Below are positions 20,425-30,513 of a DNA stretch of 64,000 nt, one piece after another. Position 1 is the first letter of the stretch. Each line of letters begins with the position of its first letter. The position numbers and the translations under genes are program-made. This DNA comes from Bacteroidia bacterium (GTDB lineage: Bacteria > Bacteroidota > Bacteroidia > NS11-12g > UBA9320), in contig CBDCFW010000006.1 of NCBI GenBank assembly GCA_965216465.1, positions 160,001-224,000 on the forward strand, read 5' to 3'. Under the pieces are notes generated by a model. It was given only the letters and a program-made list of their open reading frames with translations, had not been told where the DNA came from and did no database searches.

Positions 20425-21429
20425 ATGAATAAGATCGAAGAATTATTGCAAGACCGTATATTGTTTCTAGATGGAGCTATGGGCACCATGATACAGCGGT
20501 ATAAGCTTACTGAAGAACAGTATCGTGGAGAGCGTTTTGCTAATTTCGATCAAAATTTAAAAGGCAACAATGATTTGCTGTCAATAACTCAACCTCAAAT
20601 TATTGAAGGGATTCACAATCAATTTCTCGAGGCAGGTGCTGATATTATCGAAACCAACACATTTAACAGTACAACGGTTTCTATGGAAGACTACAGCATG
20701 CAATTCTTAGTTGAAGAGTTAAATATCGCCTCGGCTAAAATTGCAAGGAAGTGTGCAGACGAATTCACAGCTAAAAATCCAGACAAACCAAGATTTGTAG
20801 CGGGTTCAATGGGACCAACAAACAAGACATCTTCACTATCTCCTGATGTTAACAGACCTGGATTTAGAGCCATTGATTTTGACGAGTTGAAGGATGCATA
20901 CAAACAACAAGCTCACGCGTTAATCGAAGGCGGCGTTGATCTGTTACTAATTGAAACTGTATTTGATACGCTCAATTGCAAGGCTGCAATTTTTGCCATA
21001 ATGGAATTAAATGATGAACATGGTTACGACATACCAATGATGATCTCTGGTACCATTACCGACGCCAGTGGTAGAACTCTAAGCGGCCAAACGGTTGAAG
21101 CCTTTTGGTACAGTGTGAGCCATGCTAACCCATTAAGTATTGGACTGAACTGTGCTTTGGGAGCTGAGCAAATGAGACCATTTATCAAAAATTTGAGTGA
21201 TAAAGCTTGGTGTAGAATTTCTGCTCACCCAAATGCTGGTTTACCAAACGAATTTGGAGAATATGATGAAACTCCAGAAAGCATGAGTGCAGTTATCGGA
21301 GAATTTGCCGATAGCGGATTCTTAAATATTGTTGGAGGTTGTTGCGGAACCACTCCAGAACATCTAAAAGCAATAATTGAGCGTGTACAGCAAACAGAGC
21401 CTCGACGAGTTCCAGAATTGACTGCTTAG
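20425..21429 (+). CDS. Homocysteine S-methyltransferase domain (N-terminal part of a split MetH)
   Basis: [41 protein letters not shown]; ends at 334 aa. Confidence 0.92.
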   Translation: MNKIEELLQDRILFLDGAMGTMIQRYKLTEEQYRGERFANFDQNLKGNNDLLSITQPQIIEGIHNQFLEAGADIIETNTFNSTTVSMEDYSMQFLVEELNIASAKIARKCADEFTAKNPDKPRFVAGSMGPTNKTSSLSPDVNRPGFRAIDFDELKDAYKQQAHALIEGGVDLLLIETVFDTLNCKAAIFAIMELNDEHGYDIPMMISGTITDASGRTLSGQTVEAFWYSVSHANPLSIGLNCALGAEQMRPFIKNLSDKAWCRISAHPNAGLPNEFGEYDETPESMSAVIGEFADSGFLNIVGGCCGTTPEHLKAIIERVQQTEPRRVPELTA

Positions 21430-21626
21430 TCTTGGCTGTCTCTTTTCTTTTTTCTCATCTGCATACGACGTAGCATCGCATAACGAAAAAATGCAAACAA
21501 TCCGATAGCAACAAATAGCCATGCTCGGCTACTATTTCCAATACTAAAGCTTGCATAAGATTCATAGGTACAAACAGCTGCAACAAAGAGCCAAACTATT
21601 TGCACAATTCGGGTAAGATTATTCAA
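21426..21626 (-). CDS. Small 2-TM hypothetical protein
   Basis: Two hydrophobic helices and a basic tail; overlaps the lptC stop. Confidence 0.7.
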   Translation of the reverse strand: MNNLTRIVQIVWLFVAAVCTYESYASFSIGNSSRAWLFVAIGLFAFFRYAMLRRMQMRKKKRDSQD

Positions 21627-22194
21627 TTTCTTCTGGTTTAGATGGTTCTATTTCTTCGTCCAAATATACAATTCCGGTTACTTTCTTAAAGGTGTAACGG
21701 ATAAAAGACTCATCACTCTCAAAGCCTTCAGCCATGATTATTTTTTCGTCTCGGATTCGAACTCTAACTGGTTTATCAGAAGTTACGGTACGTTTCTTTT
21801 TATCCCAGATTAGCTCATCGGTCTTAAACTCCTCATCGTTAATATTGATAACTCGAACACTGTCGCGAATCTCAATAATGTCTTTACGTTCATAATTTAT
21901 TGCGTACCGAGCAGAAAGAGAACTTTGCAAATCACCGTACTCATTAAAGAAATTGGCCTTTACACCATCTGGCATCTCCAAATATGGTTCGTCGGCGTCG
22001 GGCTTTCTTTTCATTGTAGGAGCGAAAATTTTAGCCCGAAGAATAGCAGAATCTGTGTAGACAATCTTAACGTCTTTTGCGACTTCTATAGACAGACTAT
22101 CTTGAAGTTTATTAAACTCAGCCAGTTCTTCTTCCGTTTTACTAGTTGAACATGAAACAACAAAAGCGGCAATAAGAATCACCGCTTTTGTCAA
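21619..22194 (-). CDS. lptC: LPS export ABC transporter periplasmic protein LptC
   Basis: Lipoprotein-like N-terminus (VVSC); YTDSA, P.GV...F, T.ELIWD, GFESD; conserved position after coaX-OMP-TPR; TTG start inferred. Confidence 0.8.
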   Translation of the reverse strand: MTKAVILIAAFVVSCSTSKTEEELAEFNKLQDSLSIEVAKDVKIVYTDSAILRAKIFAPTMKRKPDADEPYLEMPDGVKANFFNEYGDLQSSLSARYAINYERKDIIEIRDSVRVININDEEFKTDELIWDKKKRTVTSDKPVRVRIRDEKIIMAEGFESDESFIRYTFKKVTGIVYLDEEIEPSKPEEIE

Positions 22195-22223
22195 AATATT
22201 TAAGTTATGTGGGATAATTTTCA

Positions 22224-23567
22224 CTATCCTCCAATAGTTCTCACTACCGTAGTTTCTCCAATCCAGCAACCAACTGTGTAAGAGTCACCATTATTAATTC
22301 CTTTGAAGAAAGCAATTTCTTTATCAGGAAAGTATCCCGTTACTTTAGAAAGCTTGGTGTTAGCTGTTTCTGCAATACTAGGATCTACATTTCTTGCTTT
22401 AATGTATTTGTCTGCAGCAGCTAAGTAAACACCAGAAGCTCCTAGGTCTCCAGTTCCGCAGCTTGTAGCACTTGCTTTGTAAGCATCACCAATTAAGATG
22501 TAAGCTTCTCCACTGTTAGGATTAATTGCAATTGCCTTGCGAGCATACTCACGAACTTTAGAATACTTCTTGTTGTTCTTGCTTGTTTTAGCCAGCTTAA
22601 TATAGATGTCGTATTTTTCTTCATCCGTTGGTGCAAGCTCAGCTGCTTTATTGTAATACAGTGCAGCTTTTTCTTCGTTGTCAATCTTACCGAATGCTTT
22701 TGCAAGTGAAAGAGCAGATTCTGTAGAAGGTTCTAATGCAAATAATTGCTCCGAACTTTTAAGGAAAAATTCATTTCCTTCACATCCTCCTCTACCCATA
22801 ATCTTAACAGTAGAACTTAACCAAGCTGCATTTTCTTTGTTGTCTTCGTATGCAGGCTCTCTTAATTCAACGAGCTTGTCGCAATCAAGGTATGGCTTAA
22901 GCATTTTAATGATAGACTCTTGAGTAGCAATCCATTTAGTTCCTTTAATTGAGTCTTTCTCACTCAATCCTGGAGCTGAGTACTTGCCAATATTTTCATC
23001 AATGATTGGAGTTAATTTATCAAGAATGATCAGTAAGCTATCTACAGAAAGCTTCTTTCTCTTGTATTGTTTTAAAGCTGCATATACAAAATCTTTTGGA
23101 AGTTTGTAAGTTGTATTACCACCTTCTAATTCAATAGATTTAAAGAACAATTCAATAGCTTCTTCTCTTCTCTTTGGAGCAAGTTTAGCCATATCATCGG
23201 CTTTCTTACCGAGAACATAACCTTCCTTTCCAAAGTACTCGATTCTTTTATCGTGAACCATTAATAGGGTGTCAACTAAACCATCCCAACGTGGTTTGTA
23301 TTGCTCATCTTTCAATGCTTTTTTGATAATGTACGGACCATTGTAAGTAATTCTTTTTTGCACGCAAGGAGCGTTAACAAATAAGTAGTACCAGTATGGA
23401 AATGCTTCTACATACTTCTTCTCTTGGTAGTACTGGTTGAACATTGAAAGATTTTTTTGAGTTTCTACACTGTCAGTACCCCACTTGTTTTCACAATCAG
23501 GAGCGTTTTGTGCGTTTGCCATAAACCCGCTAACAAGCAGGGCAGCGATCAAAAGAATTTTGTTCAT
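22224..23567 (-). CDS. Exported tetratricopeptide repeat protein
   Basis: Signal peptide, TPR helices, C-terminal V.CWIGE.T motif. Confidence 0.85.
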   Translation of the reverse strand: MNKILLIAALLVSGFMANAQNAPDCENKWGTDSVETQKNLSMFNQYYQEKKYVEAFPYWYYLFVNAPCVQKRITYNGPYIIKKALKDEQYKPRWDGLVDTLLMVHDKRIEYFGKEGYVLGKKADDMAKLAPKRREEAIELFFKSIELEGGNTTYKLPKDFVYAALKQYKRKKLSVDSLLIILDKLTPIIDENIGKYSAPGLSEKDSIKGTKWIATQESIIKMLKPYLDCDKLVELREPAYEDNKENAAWLSSTVKIMGRGGCEGNEFFLKSSEQLFALEPSTESALSLAKAFGKIDNEEKAALYYNKAAELAPTDEEKYDIYIKLAKTSKNNKKYSKVREYARKAIAINPNSGEAYILIGDAYKASATSCGTGDLGASGVYLAAADKYIKARNVDPSIAETANTKLSKVTGYFPDKEIAFFKGINNGDSYTVGCWIGETTVVRTIGG

Positions 23568-23572
23568 AATGT

Positions 23573-24943
23573 TTATCGATATTTTCTTTTTGTAAACCAT
23601 TTATCGTTTAAGTTTAATCCTATTCCTATGTTTATATAATCTTCTTGTATCAGGTTGTTGGTTGTTGTTCCTCGGCGAATGTATTCTGCTGTAAGATTCA
23701 CTCTGCTTACAATTGGAATTTTTTCGTCTTCAACACGTACAACTTTCGTTACTGGTATTGCTAGTCCAAAACTTATGCCAAGTTCAGCAATTTGCTGGTC
23801 GAAGAAGTTGTAATACATCTTTTCGTAGCTAAAACCAGCACTATACCTCACTTTTTTAAGAAATTGGCCAACCTCAGCATAATTTGGGGTCGGTATTACT
23901 GAGAACCCAAAACCATAACGTTCATTATCAAAGAACTGTTTGTTATTGATATCATTTGTTACATCAGACCAAAAGTTCTTTTCATATTCTAAGTTTAAGC
24001 TCCATTTCTCTCCATTCGACATCGAATAACCTACTCCAAAACCACCCGGCTTTAAAGCTGTATTTGTTTGATTATCAATGAACTGAATAGTATCAATAGG
24101 CGTTAATATTCCTTGCTCAAACTTTCTTCCAAAAAAGGTCTCGGTGTAGGTATACCCATTGCCTACAAGGTCAGACTGGGTATGAAATGATGCAGCAAAA
24201 GTGTGATTTAACTTTCCTGTTTCATATTTTTTAATGCCCGATGTGTCTCCTTTGGTTCGTACTCTTGTTCGTATAGAATTTTGTACAGTGTATTGAACAC
24301 CTAAATCGTAGTCAATTCCATTGTATGCGAAAAAAGACTCGTCGCTATAACTGAAGTTATCATCAGTTAACGGGTAAACTTTTGCATATAATGATTGAAT
24401 CTTTCCAAAGTTAAAATTAGCGTTAAACCCAACATTAAGATTCTTTATCACTTCTAAGCCGTAACCAACATAAACCCTGTTTATCCCTCCTGTACCTCGA
24501 TACAAATCATAATAAGAAGGAGTATCTGTGCTCACTGTATTCTTTATATCGTACCCTACATCGCTGTATTGGTTAGTTCCAAAACTAACCGCCATCGGAC
24601 GATCTGTTTCAAATGGGAAAGCCATTGCAAAGTGACTGAGATTTCCAGCTCGGGTATTTGCAGAACGGGTATCGGTTTGCAATTTCCCTAAACTCGAGTA
24701 CAATCCAACATCATAAACTGTAAATTTCAAATTGGCATAACTTGCCGGATTAAGAGCTGTAAAACTGCTATTCAGGGTTGAAGCAATTGATGTTCTTCCC
24801 ATTGCCGTATGCTGAGAAAAACCTCGAAACTTCAGTTCTCCTAAACCCGATATGCTGTAAGGAGAAGTTGTTCCTGTTTGTGCAGAAGCAACCCCTGTAA
24901 AGCTTATCAGAAGCACGAGTAAAAACTTATAACCCTTAACCAT
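23573..24943 (-). CDS. Outer-membrane beta-barrel protein (FadL/PorV-like)
   Basis: Signal peptide, SPYS..GLG, NPASY, C-terminal NDKWF.KRKY. Confidence 0.8.
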   Translation of the reverse strand: MVKGYKFLLVLLISFTGVASAQTGTTSPYSISGLGELKFRGFSQHTAMGRTSIASTLNSSFTALNPASYANLKFTVYDVGLYSSLGKLQTDTRSANTRAGNLSHFAMAFPFETDRPMAVSFGTNQYSDVGYDIKNTVSTDTPSYYDLYRGTGGINRVYVGYGLEVIKNLNVGFNANFNFGKIQSLYAKVYPLTDDNFSYSDESFFAYNGIDYDLGVQYTVQNSIRTRVRTKGDTSGIKKYETGKLNHTFAASFHTQSDLVGNGYTYTETFFGRKFEQGILTPIDTIQFIDNQTNTALKPGGFGVGYSMSNGEKWSLNLEYEKNFWSDVTNDINNKQFFDNERYGFGFSVIPTPNYAEVGQFLKKVRYSAGFSYEKMYYNFFDQQIAELGISFGLAIPVTKVVRVEDEKIPIVSRVNLTAEYIRRGTTTNNLIQEDYINIGIGLNLNDKWFTKRKYR

Positions 24944-25631
24944 GATGTATTAGTAAATAATTAAGCCCTTCCAAAACCAATTTTGGGCGTGCGAATATCT
25001 CATTTTTCAACTCTTTTGCAAAATCTATCTTGTGTCTGCTACAATCAACGATTTTAAGTTCACCAATTTGGGTATTCAATTGACGAACGTAACCCAAAAT
25101 CTCATGAACGACAGACTGATAAACACCTACTTGCATTGATTGCTCAGTCGATTTACCTGGAAATGTTACTTTATTGTTAAATTTTATAAGTGGAAGTGCA
25201 GATGTAAACTCATTCATCGCTCTAAAACGCATATCCAATCCTGGAGAAATAATACCTCCATTAAATGTAGACTTTGAGAGCCAATCGATGGTTAGACAGG
25301 TACCGAGGTCTACAATTAGCCAATCAGAGTCTTTCGAAATTGAGTAAGCACCAACTGCAGTAGCTATTCTATCAGGACCTAAGGTCTCTGGAGTATCATA
25401 GTTCAACTCGATAGGCATATCAGTACTATCACTGAGATAGTGCCTCGGTTCTAAAAGTTCTTCAATTTCACTATCAGTACCTGTTTTTGAAACTAAAACC
25501 TTAGGCCTAAAGTCAGCAACGATTTGCTTAAAATGATCTGACGTAAAGGGATTATAGTACTCTATTTCTCTTTCTCCCTCATACAAGGCAGCTTTAGTAG
25601 ATGTGTTTCCAATGTCAATGCACAAGTTCAT
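24936..25631 (-). CDS. coaX: Type III pantothenate kinase
   Basis: IDIGNT, TLGPDR, VDLGTC.T.D, GG.ISPG. Confidence 0.93.
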   Translation of the reverse strand: MNLCIDIGNTSTKAALYEGEREIEYYNPFTSDHFKQIVADFRPKVLVSKTGTDSEIEELLEPRHYLSDSTDMPIELNYDTPETLGPDRIATAVGAYSISKDSDWLIVDLGTCLTIDWLSKSTFNGGIISPGLDMRFRAMNEFTSALPLIKFNNKVTFPGKSTEQSMQVGVYQSVVHEILGYVRQLNTQIGELKIVDCSRHKIDFAKELKNEIFARPKLVLEGLNYLLIHHG

Positions 25632-26356
25632 ACGATCCATTTTTCTTTGTGATGTTCAACTTCTTTAAAATTATCGCCATCTTTCACTAGCAAATTTCCA
25701 TTCTTCAACACAGAAAGAATGCGATATGTACTAATACCTTGATCGGATTGAAATGTTACATCTTCATCTTTTCGGTATAATGAGTTGTTATACATCAGCG
25801 ACAACTCAGTTTCAGCAATTTTGGAGTGCAAGTACAATTCATCATAAAGGGCATGCAATACCTCTACAACATCTTGATCATTGTTAAGCTCCACCTTTAG
25901 CGATGTAGCGTTTAACCGTTCAAAATCTAGCTGATTAACGTTTAACCCAATACCGATAACACATGCTTTAATGTTGTTTCCTGAAATAATATTTTCAACC
26001 AGAACACCTGCGATCTTATGATTGCCTACATAAACATCGTTAGGCCACTTTATTGCAATATTTTGAATACCTCTTTTTTCAAGAACGGATTTAATGGCTA
26101 AAGAAGCGGCTTGATTCAACATTGGCAACTGCTCAACAGCAGACACATTATCAATTAAAAAACTAGCATTGATATTCAAACCTTTATCGCTGAGCCATTG
26201 CTTGTTACGCTGACCTCGACCCGCTGTTTGATAACTTGCAGACACGCAGTATGGAGCAAATAAATCTCGTTGCCTAAGTTCCATTTTTAAATACGTGTTC
26301 GTGGAGTCTACTTCATCTAAAAACGTGATGTTGTACCGCTGTAAATAATTACTCAA
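25628..26356 (-). CDS. birA: Biotin--[acetyl-CoA carboxylase] ligase (no HTH domain)
   Basis: DSTN, QTAGRGQ, KWPND, KIAGVL, GIGLNV. Confidence 0.93.
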   Translation of the reverse strand: MSNYLQRYNITFLDEVDSTNTYLKMELRQRDLFAPYCVSASYQTAGRGQRNKQWLSDKGLNINASFLIDNVSAVEQLPMLNQAASLAIKSVLEKRGIQNIAIKWPNDVYVGNHKIAGVLVENIISGNNIKACVIGIGLNVNQLDFERLNATSLKVELNNDQDVVEVLHALYDELYLHSKIAETELSLMYNNSLYRKDEDVTFQSDQGISTYRILSVLKNGNLLVKDGDNFKEVEHHKEKWIV

Positions 26357-26375
26357 TGGTATTGAAGTATTAATT

Positions 26376-26394
26376 TAATTTTGCAGCAAATTTA
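26376..26394. promoter_or_regulatory. Face-to-face -7 promoter elements for rsfS (+) and birA (-)
   Basis: TAATTTTG (26376-83, +) and TAAATTTG (26387-94, -) separated by 3 nt. Confidence 0.6.
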
Positions 26395-26402
26395 TCGGAT
26401 TA

Positions 26403-26774
26403 ATGGCAAAAGACACAAAGATAGCAGATATGCTCGCAGAGGTAATCATAAAGGGCATGCAAGATAAGAAAGCGAAGAACATCGTTAAGATTGACCTATC
26501 GCAGATTAACGAAGCAGCTGCCGATTACTTTGTAATATGCCATGGAGACAGTGATCGCCAAGCAAAAGCTATTGCCGATTGGGTTATCGATGAGACGAAT
26601 ACGGTTCTCAATGAAAAGCCACTACACAAAGAAGGTGAAACTCACGCTCGCTGGATACTCTTAGACTATTCTAATGTGGTTGTTCATGTGTTTCAAAAAG
26701 ACGTGCGAGAATTTTACGAAATAGAAGACTTGTGGCACGATGGCAAGTTTACTTCTTATGAAGACGTAGCCTAA
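26403..26774 (+). CDS. rsfS: Ribosome silencing factor
   Basis: DKKA..I, DYFVIC, WILLDY..VVVHVF, R.FY.IEDLW. Confidence 0.94.
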   Translation: MAKDTKIADMLAEVIIKGMQDKKAKNIVKIDLSQINEAAADYFVICHGDSDRQAKAIADWVIDETNTVLNEKPLHKEGETHARWILLDYSNVVVHVFQKDVREFYEIEDLWHDGKFTSYEDVA

Positions 26775-29700
26775 TAGTAGAAATTCGGTCTTTTATTTCT
26801 TAAAGCTTCAAATTCTGGTTCGTCGCTTACACGGTAGCGCTGTCGATCTTCCATCTGCAAAATTCTCAATTGCATTTTAAGCTGTAAGGCTTGGTCCTCG
26901 TACTTGTTGAATCTAAAATCATCGTCGTAGTCATAGTCCCACTTTGCCAATTCAGCAGCAGCAGTATCAATCACTCCAATATATCCATACGACCATTCGT
27001 CATCATACGACGACTTTGACTTAAAGAAATATAAATATCCTGTATCTTCACCAACAACAGCCCAATCCTTTTGTATAAATTCAAGGCTGTCTTTTAAAAC
27101 ATTTATATAAGACAATTGAGCATAAAGTCCGGTTACAAGTTCTTGATGAGTATATTTTGAGGGGAACAAATCTAACCTGCCTATCGCTTGTAATCGTTGA
27201 TAAATTTCAATTCTATTGTTCTCATTTGCTGCAAAGTCTTCCCAAACTTTTGCATCTATTTTTTCACCATTTTGAAGCTTCAAGATTGCAAGGTCCATTT
27301 GTAATCCCGGGGAGCGAACTTCTTCAAGTTTTGTAAAGTACTTTTTCACCTTACTTTTTCTTGCATAAGGCAGAAGAAGTTTAGAGTAGTAATACAAATT
27401 GTCGTTGTAATTGAACAAGCCACTTCTCGACGATTCTTTTTCAAAGTTATTCCCTTTATACGACTCTTTTGCCTTCTGGCGTTTGATTGAATTTTTACCC
27501 TCCCAAACCAATTGATTGAGGTATTTTCTGTATCGTTTTGGTCTTACTATCCCACTATCGACAAGCGTGGTTAACAGTTCATATATGCTTGCTTTATACT
27601 CTGGAAGTGACGATAGCTGCAAAGCCCTTGGGTAAAAGTTCTTAGCTAAACTCAGACTATCATAAAAAGGATAGAACAATTGTTCGATATCGTCTTCGTC
27701 GTTAGACAAAGGTGTGTTGTCTAAAATAAGACTGGTATATAACTTAGCTGACTTCTTATTTTGCTGCCTAAGAATAGCTTTCAACACCGGAATCTGAAAG
27801 TTTACAGAGTCGCCAATATCCTCATAGGTTTGAACTAAGAATGGATAAACGCTTGGATGGTCAAGTCGACCTAGTTCTTGTATAATTTGAGTTCTATTGT
27901 AAGTCGCGTGTTTGCCGGAGAAATTCTGCTGATATGCTTTAATAAGTTTCGGAGCATCTTCATCTTGAAACGTTACGCTGTAAAATGAGTTTGCCGCTGC
28001 TTCTCTTGTTGTACTGTCTTCAGACGACAAATCATCTAGAAATTGTGCAACTTTTGGCTTGAGCACTGAGGTGCCAACAACCGTGTCCATTGGCCAGAAA
28101 GAATTGTAAAACTCCTGAATATAGTCACTTTTCGATCGACCGAAAGTTGTTTCTGAGAAAAGCGAATACATCGCTCCTTCTTTCAAAAAGTGTTTGACAT
28201 AAAAATTCCGTGAAGAATTGGTGTCACCAACTTCCAACTCTTGAATTTCCACATTGTCCTTAGTTTTAAAACTTTCACTTCTCAAATAGTATTCATCTTC
28301 TAAAAGTTCTTCTCGGTTGTCTTTCCAAATAGAATCAAGATGAAGCTCTGAATAATAGCGGTGAAAACGTTTAAACCTTACATAAATGGCTTCATCGGAC
28401 TGTTTGTTATAATATACCGCAGTTTTAAGTTCTTCTTCGTGACTATCATCTTCATCTGAACTAGACCCGTAGTAGTTATAATAATCCATTTCAGGCGGAA
28501 CATCTACACTCGTATTAACAGTAAAGTATCTTGCACTGTCTAATTTCAATTCTGTAGGACGACTAAATTTATAATCGTTCAGTTTCACCGAACTAAAAAA
28601 CCTATCTGCTCCTGCCTTGTTGTTAGTTTGAGCGACAAACAGATAATACTGTTTGCCCACCACAACACCACGAATGTACAGATTTGGAATGCCCTCTTTG
28701 ATTGCTTCCATCCTGTAGGCTGCAAATTGATCAAATGAATCATGGCCCATGGTCACAACTTCGTAGTCCAATTGACTTACAAAGTGATTGCACATCTGGT
28801 GAATTTCAAAAGAATCTTCTTCGATATAATCAAGGTCGCCATAGCTTCTATTCATCACAATAAAAAAACCGTCATTTTTATCGTAGCTCTGAACTGTCTT
28901 ATTCCAGAACCCCTTGATGAATGCATTGTTTTCTGCTTCAAAAGTCAAATTACCTGGCAAATGGACTGTATACGCGTTATTCTTTGGACTATATACGGTC
29001 CAATCTGATAGATTGTTAAACCTTATTTTATCAAAAAATTGACTAACCTCACTGCGTTTAACAAACTCCTTTTTCCCTCCAACTTTAAAGACCAAAATCT
29101 CTGTAGGCGTTACAAAGATGTTGTAGCGTTGAAAGTCTCCTTTTTTGGTTTGATTGAGTACATCGATACCTGGAATTCCGTCTACAACAATTCTCTCTTT
29201 ATTTTTAATCTTTCCAGGGATATTCTCAAAGAGTAACGAGTCAATTTTTTCTAGATACTCTTCTTGAGCTTGTCCAAACAAAGGTGCAAAAGTTTGAAAT
29301 CGACTTACCACATATGTAGCTCCATTTGCCATATCGGGGTAAGCAGCTAACATGGTGTTATTCGACTCTGGAAATTCATACAGCGGGCCTGGCATGTACG
29401 TACTGTATCGTCCATCAAATGAAGTTTGCTTTTTGAATTCGTGTTCGATGAAACTCGCCTCAAGTCGATCTTTGGTTTTTGTGCCATATTCTGACTTAAA
29501 AGTACTTACGGGTTTCACACTATACCCCATTTCTCTTAACAGGTTTATTACACCGTAGGAATTGGGTAAGTGGGCAGCTCCTATACCAGCAAAAAGACTT
29601 TGCTTCTGCATGATAGAATCCATCGCTTTTGCCATGCCCTTATTTCTTTCAATAATAATGAGGTCATGGTATTTTTGATTTGACCCTGACAATCTTGACA

Positions 29701-30406
29701 GTGAATCGAGCCAGTCTAAATCACCTCTTCTGTAGGCGTCTTCCATCACTTCTCCAAAACCCTTGCCGTCTAGCATTTTTTGAAGTAAGTGCCTATTTTG
29801 CTCAGCTTGTTCTTTTTGTGCTTTCTTTTTCTTTTTATCTCGTTCAGGTTTTGCGGCTTGTTCACCAAGTCTCATAGTCGTTCCCAATTTTTCGAGTCCT
29901 GTTATTTGTTTTCCTTGGCGTTTACCGGTTTGAAAAATGAACAAATCAAGATAAGTATCTTCCTGAAATTCTGCATTGTAGTTGCTGGTTCGGTAGAGTA
30001 AAGAGTTCAGAATTCCGAGTTCTGAAGCAAGCAATTTACCGATATCTTTATTTTCTGGTTTTTCAAGCTCAAAAATCGCTTTGTAAATTCCAGATCGTGC
30101 ATAGTCGCCGCGCATGCTAAAAACGTTGCCCATTCGATCTGCAACAAATGGATCGGAGGTCATGGTCTCCATCCACGTTTCAGGGTTTATTTCTAACGAA
30201 ACAACATCAACACTTTCAATAGCCTTATAGAACGAATCGCTTAGGTGAAAAGCAACTTTGTTGCTCACGTGCATTGTTCCATATAAAAAAGAAGGAGTTT
30301 CCATCCCGTTCCCACTAATTTCCCATAGGAGTCCTTGGTATTTTGTCTGTGCATGTGTTAGAGCAGACAAAAAAATAGTGAGAACAAATAATAATCTTAT
30401 TCGCAT
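26771..30406 (-). CDS. Large exported TraB/GumN (Tiki-like) family protein
   Basis: Signal peptide; LLWEISG...SFLYGTMH, GLE, RN..M, GAAHL; ~900-aa C-terminal extension. Confidence 0.85.
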   Translation of the reverse strand: MRIRLLFVLTIFLSALTHAQTKYQGLLWEISGNGMETPSFLYGTMHVSNKVAFHLSDSFYKAIESVDVVSLEINPETWMETMTSDPFVADRMGNVFSMRGDYARSGIYKAIFELEKPENKDIGKLLASELGILNSLLYRTSNYNAEFQEDTYLDLFIFQTGKRQGKQITGLEKLGTTMRLGEQAAKPERDKKKKKAQKEQAEQNRHLLQKMLDGKGFGEVMEDAYRRGDLDWLDSLSRLSGSNQKYHDLIIIERNKGMAKAMDSIMQKQSLFAGIGAAHLPNSYGVINLLREMGYSVKPVSTFKSEYGTKTKDRLEASFIEHEFKKQTSFDGRYSTYMPGPLYEFPESNNTMLAAYPDMANGATYVVSRFQTFAPLFGQAQEEYLEKIDSLLFENIPGKIKNKERIVVDGIPGIDVLNQTKKGDFQRYNIFVTPTEILVFKVGGKKEFVKRSEVSQFFDKIRFNNLSDWTVYSPKNNAYTVHLPGNLTFEAENNAFIKGFWNKTVQSYDKNDGFFIVMNRSYGDLDYIEEDSFEIHQMCNHFVSQLDYEVVTMGHDSFDQFAAYRMEAIKEGIPNLYIRGVVVGKQYYLFVAQTNNKAGADRFFSSVKLNDYKFSRPTELKLDSARYFTVNTSVDVPPEMDYYNYYGSSSDEDDSHEEELKTAVYYNKQSDEAIYVRFKRFHRYYSELHLDSIWKDNREELLEDEYYLRSESFKTKDNVEIQELEVGDTNSSRNFYVKHFLKEGAMYSLFSETTFGRSKSDYIQEFYNSFWPMDTVVGTSVLKPKVAQFLDDLSSEDSTTREAAANSFYSVTFQDEDAPKLIKAYQQNFSGKHATYNRTQIIQELGRLDHPSVYPFLVQTYEDIGDSVNFQIPVLKAILRQQNKKSAKLYTSLILDNTPLSNDEDDIEQLFYPFYDSLSLAKNFYPRALQLSSLPEYKASIYELLTTLVDSGIVRPKRYRKYLNQLVWEGKNSIKRQKAKESYKGNNFEKESSRSGLFNYNDNLYYYSKLLLPYARKSKVKKYFTKLEEVRSPGLQMDLAILKLQNGEKIDAKVWEDFAANENNRIEIYQRLQAIGRLDLFPSKYTHQELVTGLYAQLSYINVLKDSLEFIQKDWAVVGEDTGYLYFFKSKSSYDDEWSYGYIGVIDTAAAELAKWDYDYDDDFRFNKYEDQALQLKMQLRILQMEDRQRYRVSDEPEFEALRNKRPNFYY

Positions 30407-30513
30407 TACAATATTGTTGTCCAAAAATACTTGTAACGAATAAGATTGCAACTTTTATTTGACAGAAGGCCCTGTTTAACTATTAACAGAGCCTAATGTC
30501 TAAACAATATAGA

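Noticed and set aside
30467-30493. Terminator after the FadL-like gene
   Set aside because: Imperfect stem with no U-tract on the coding strand; too weak to call
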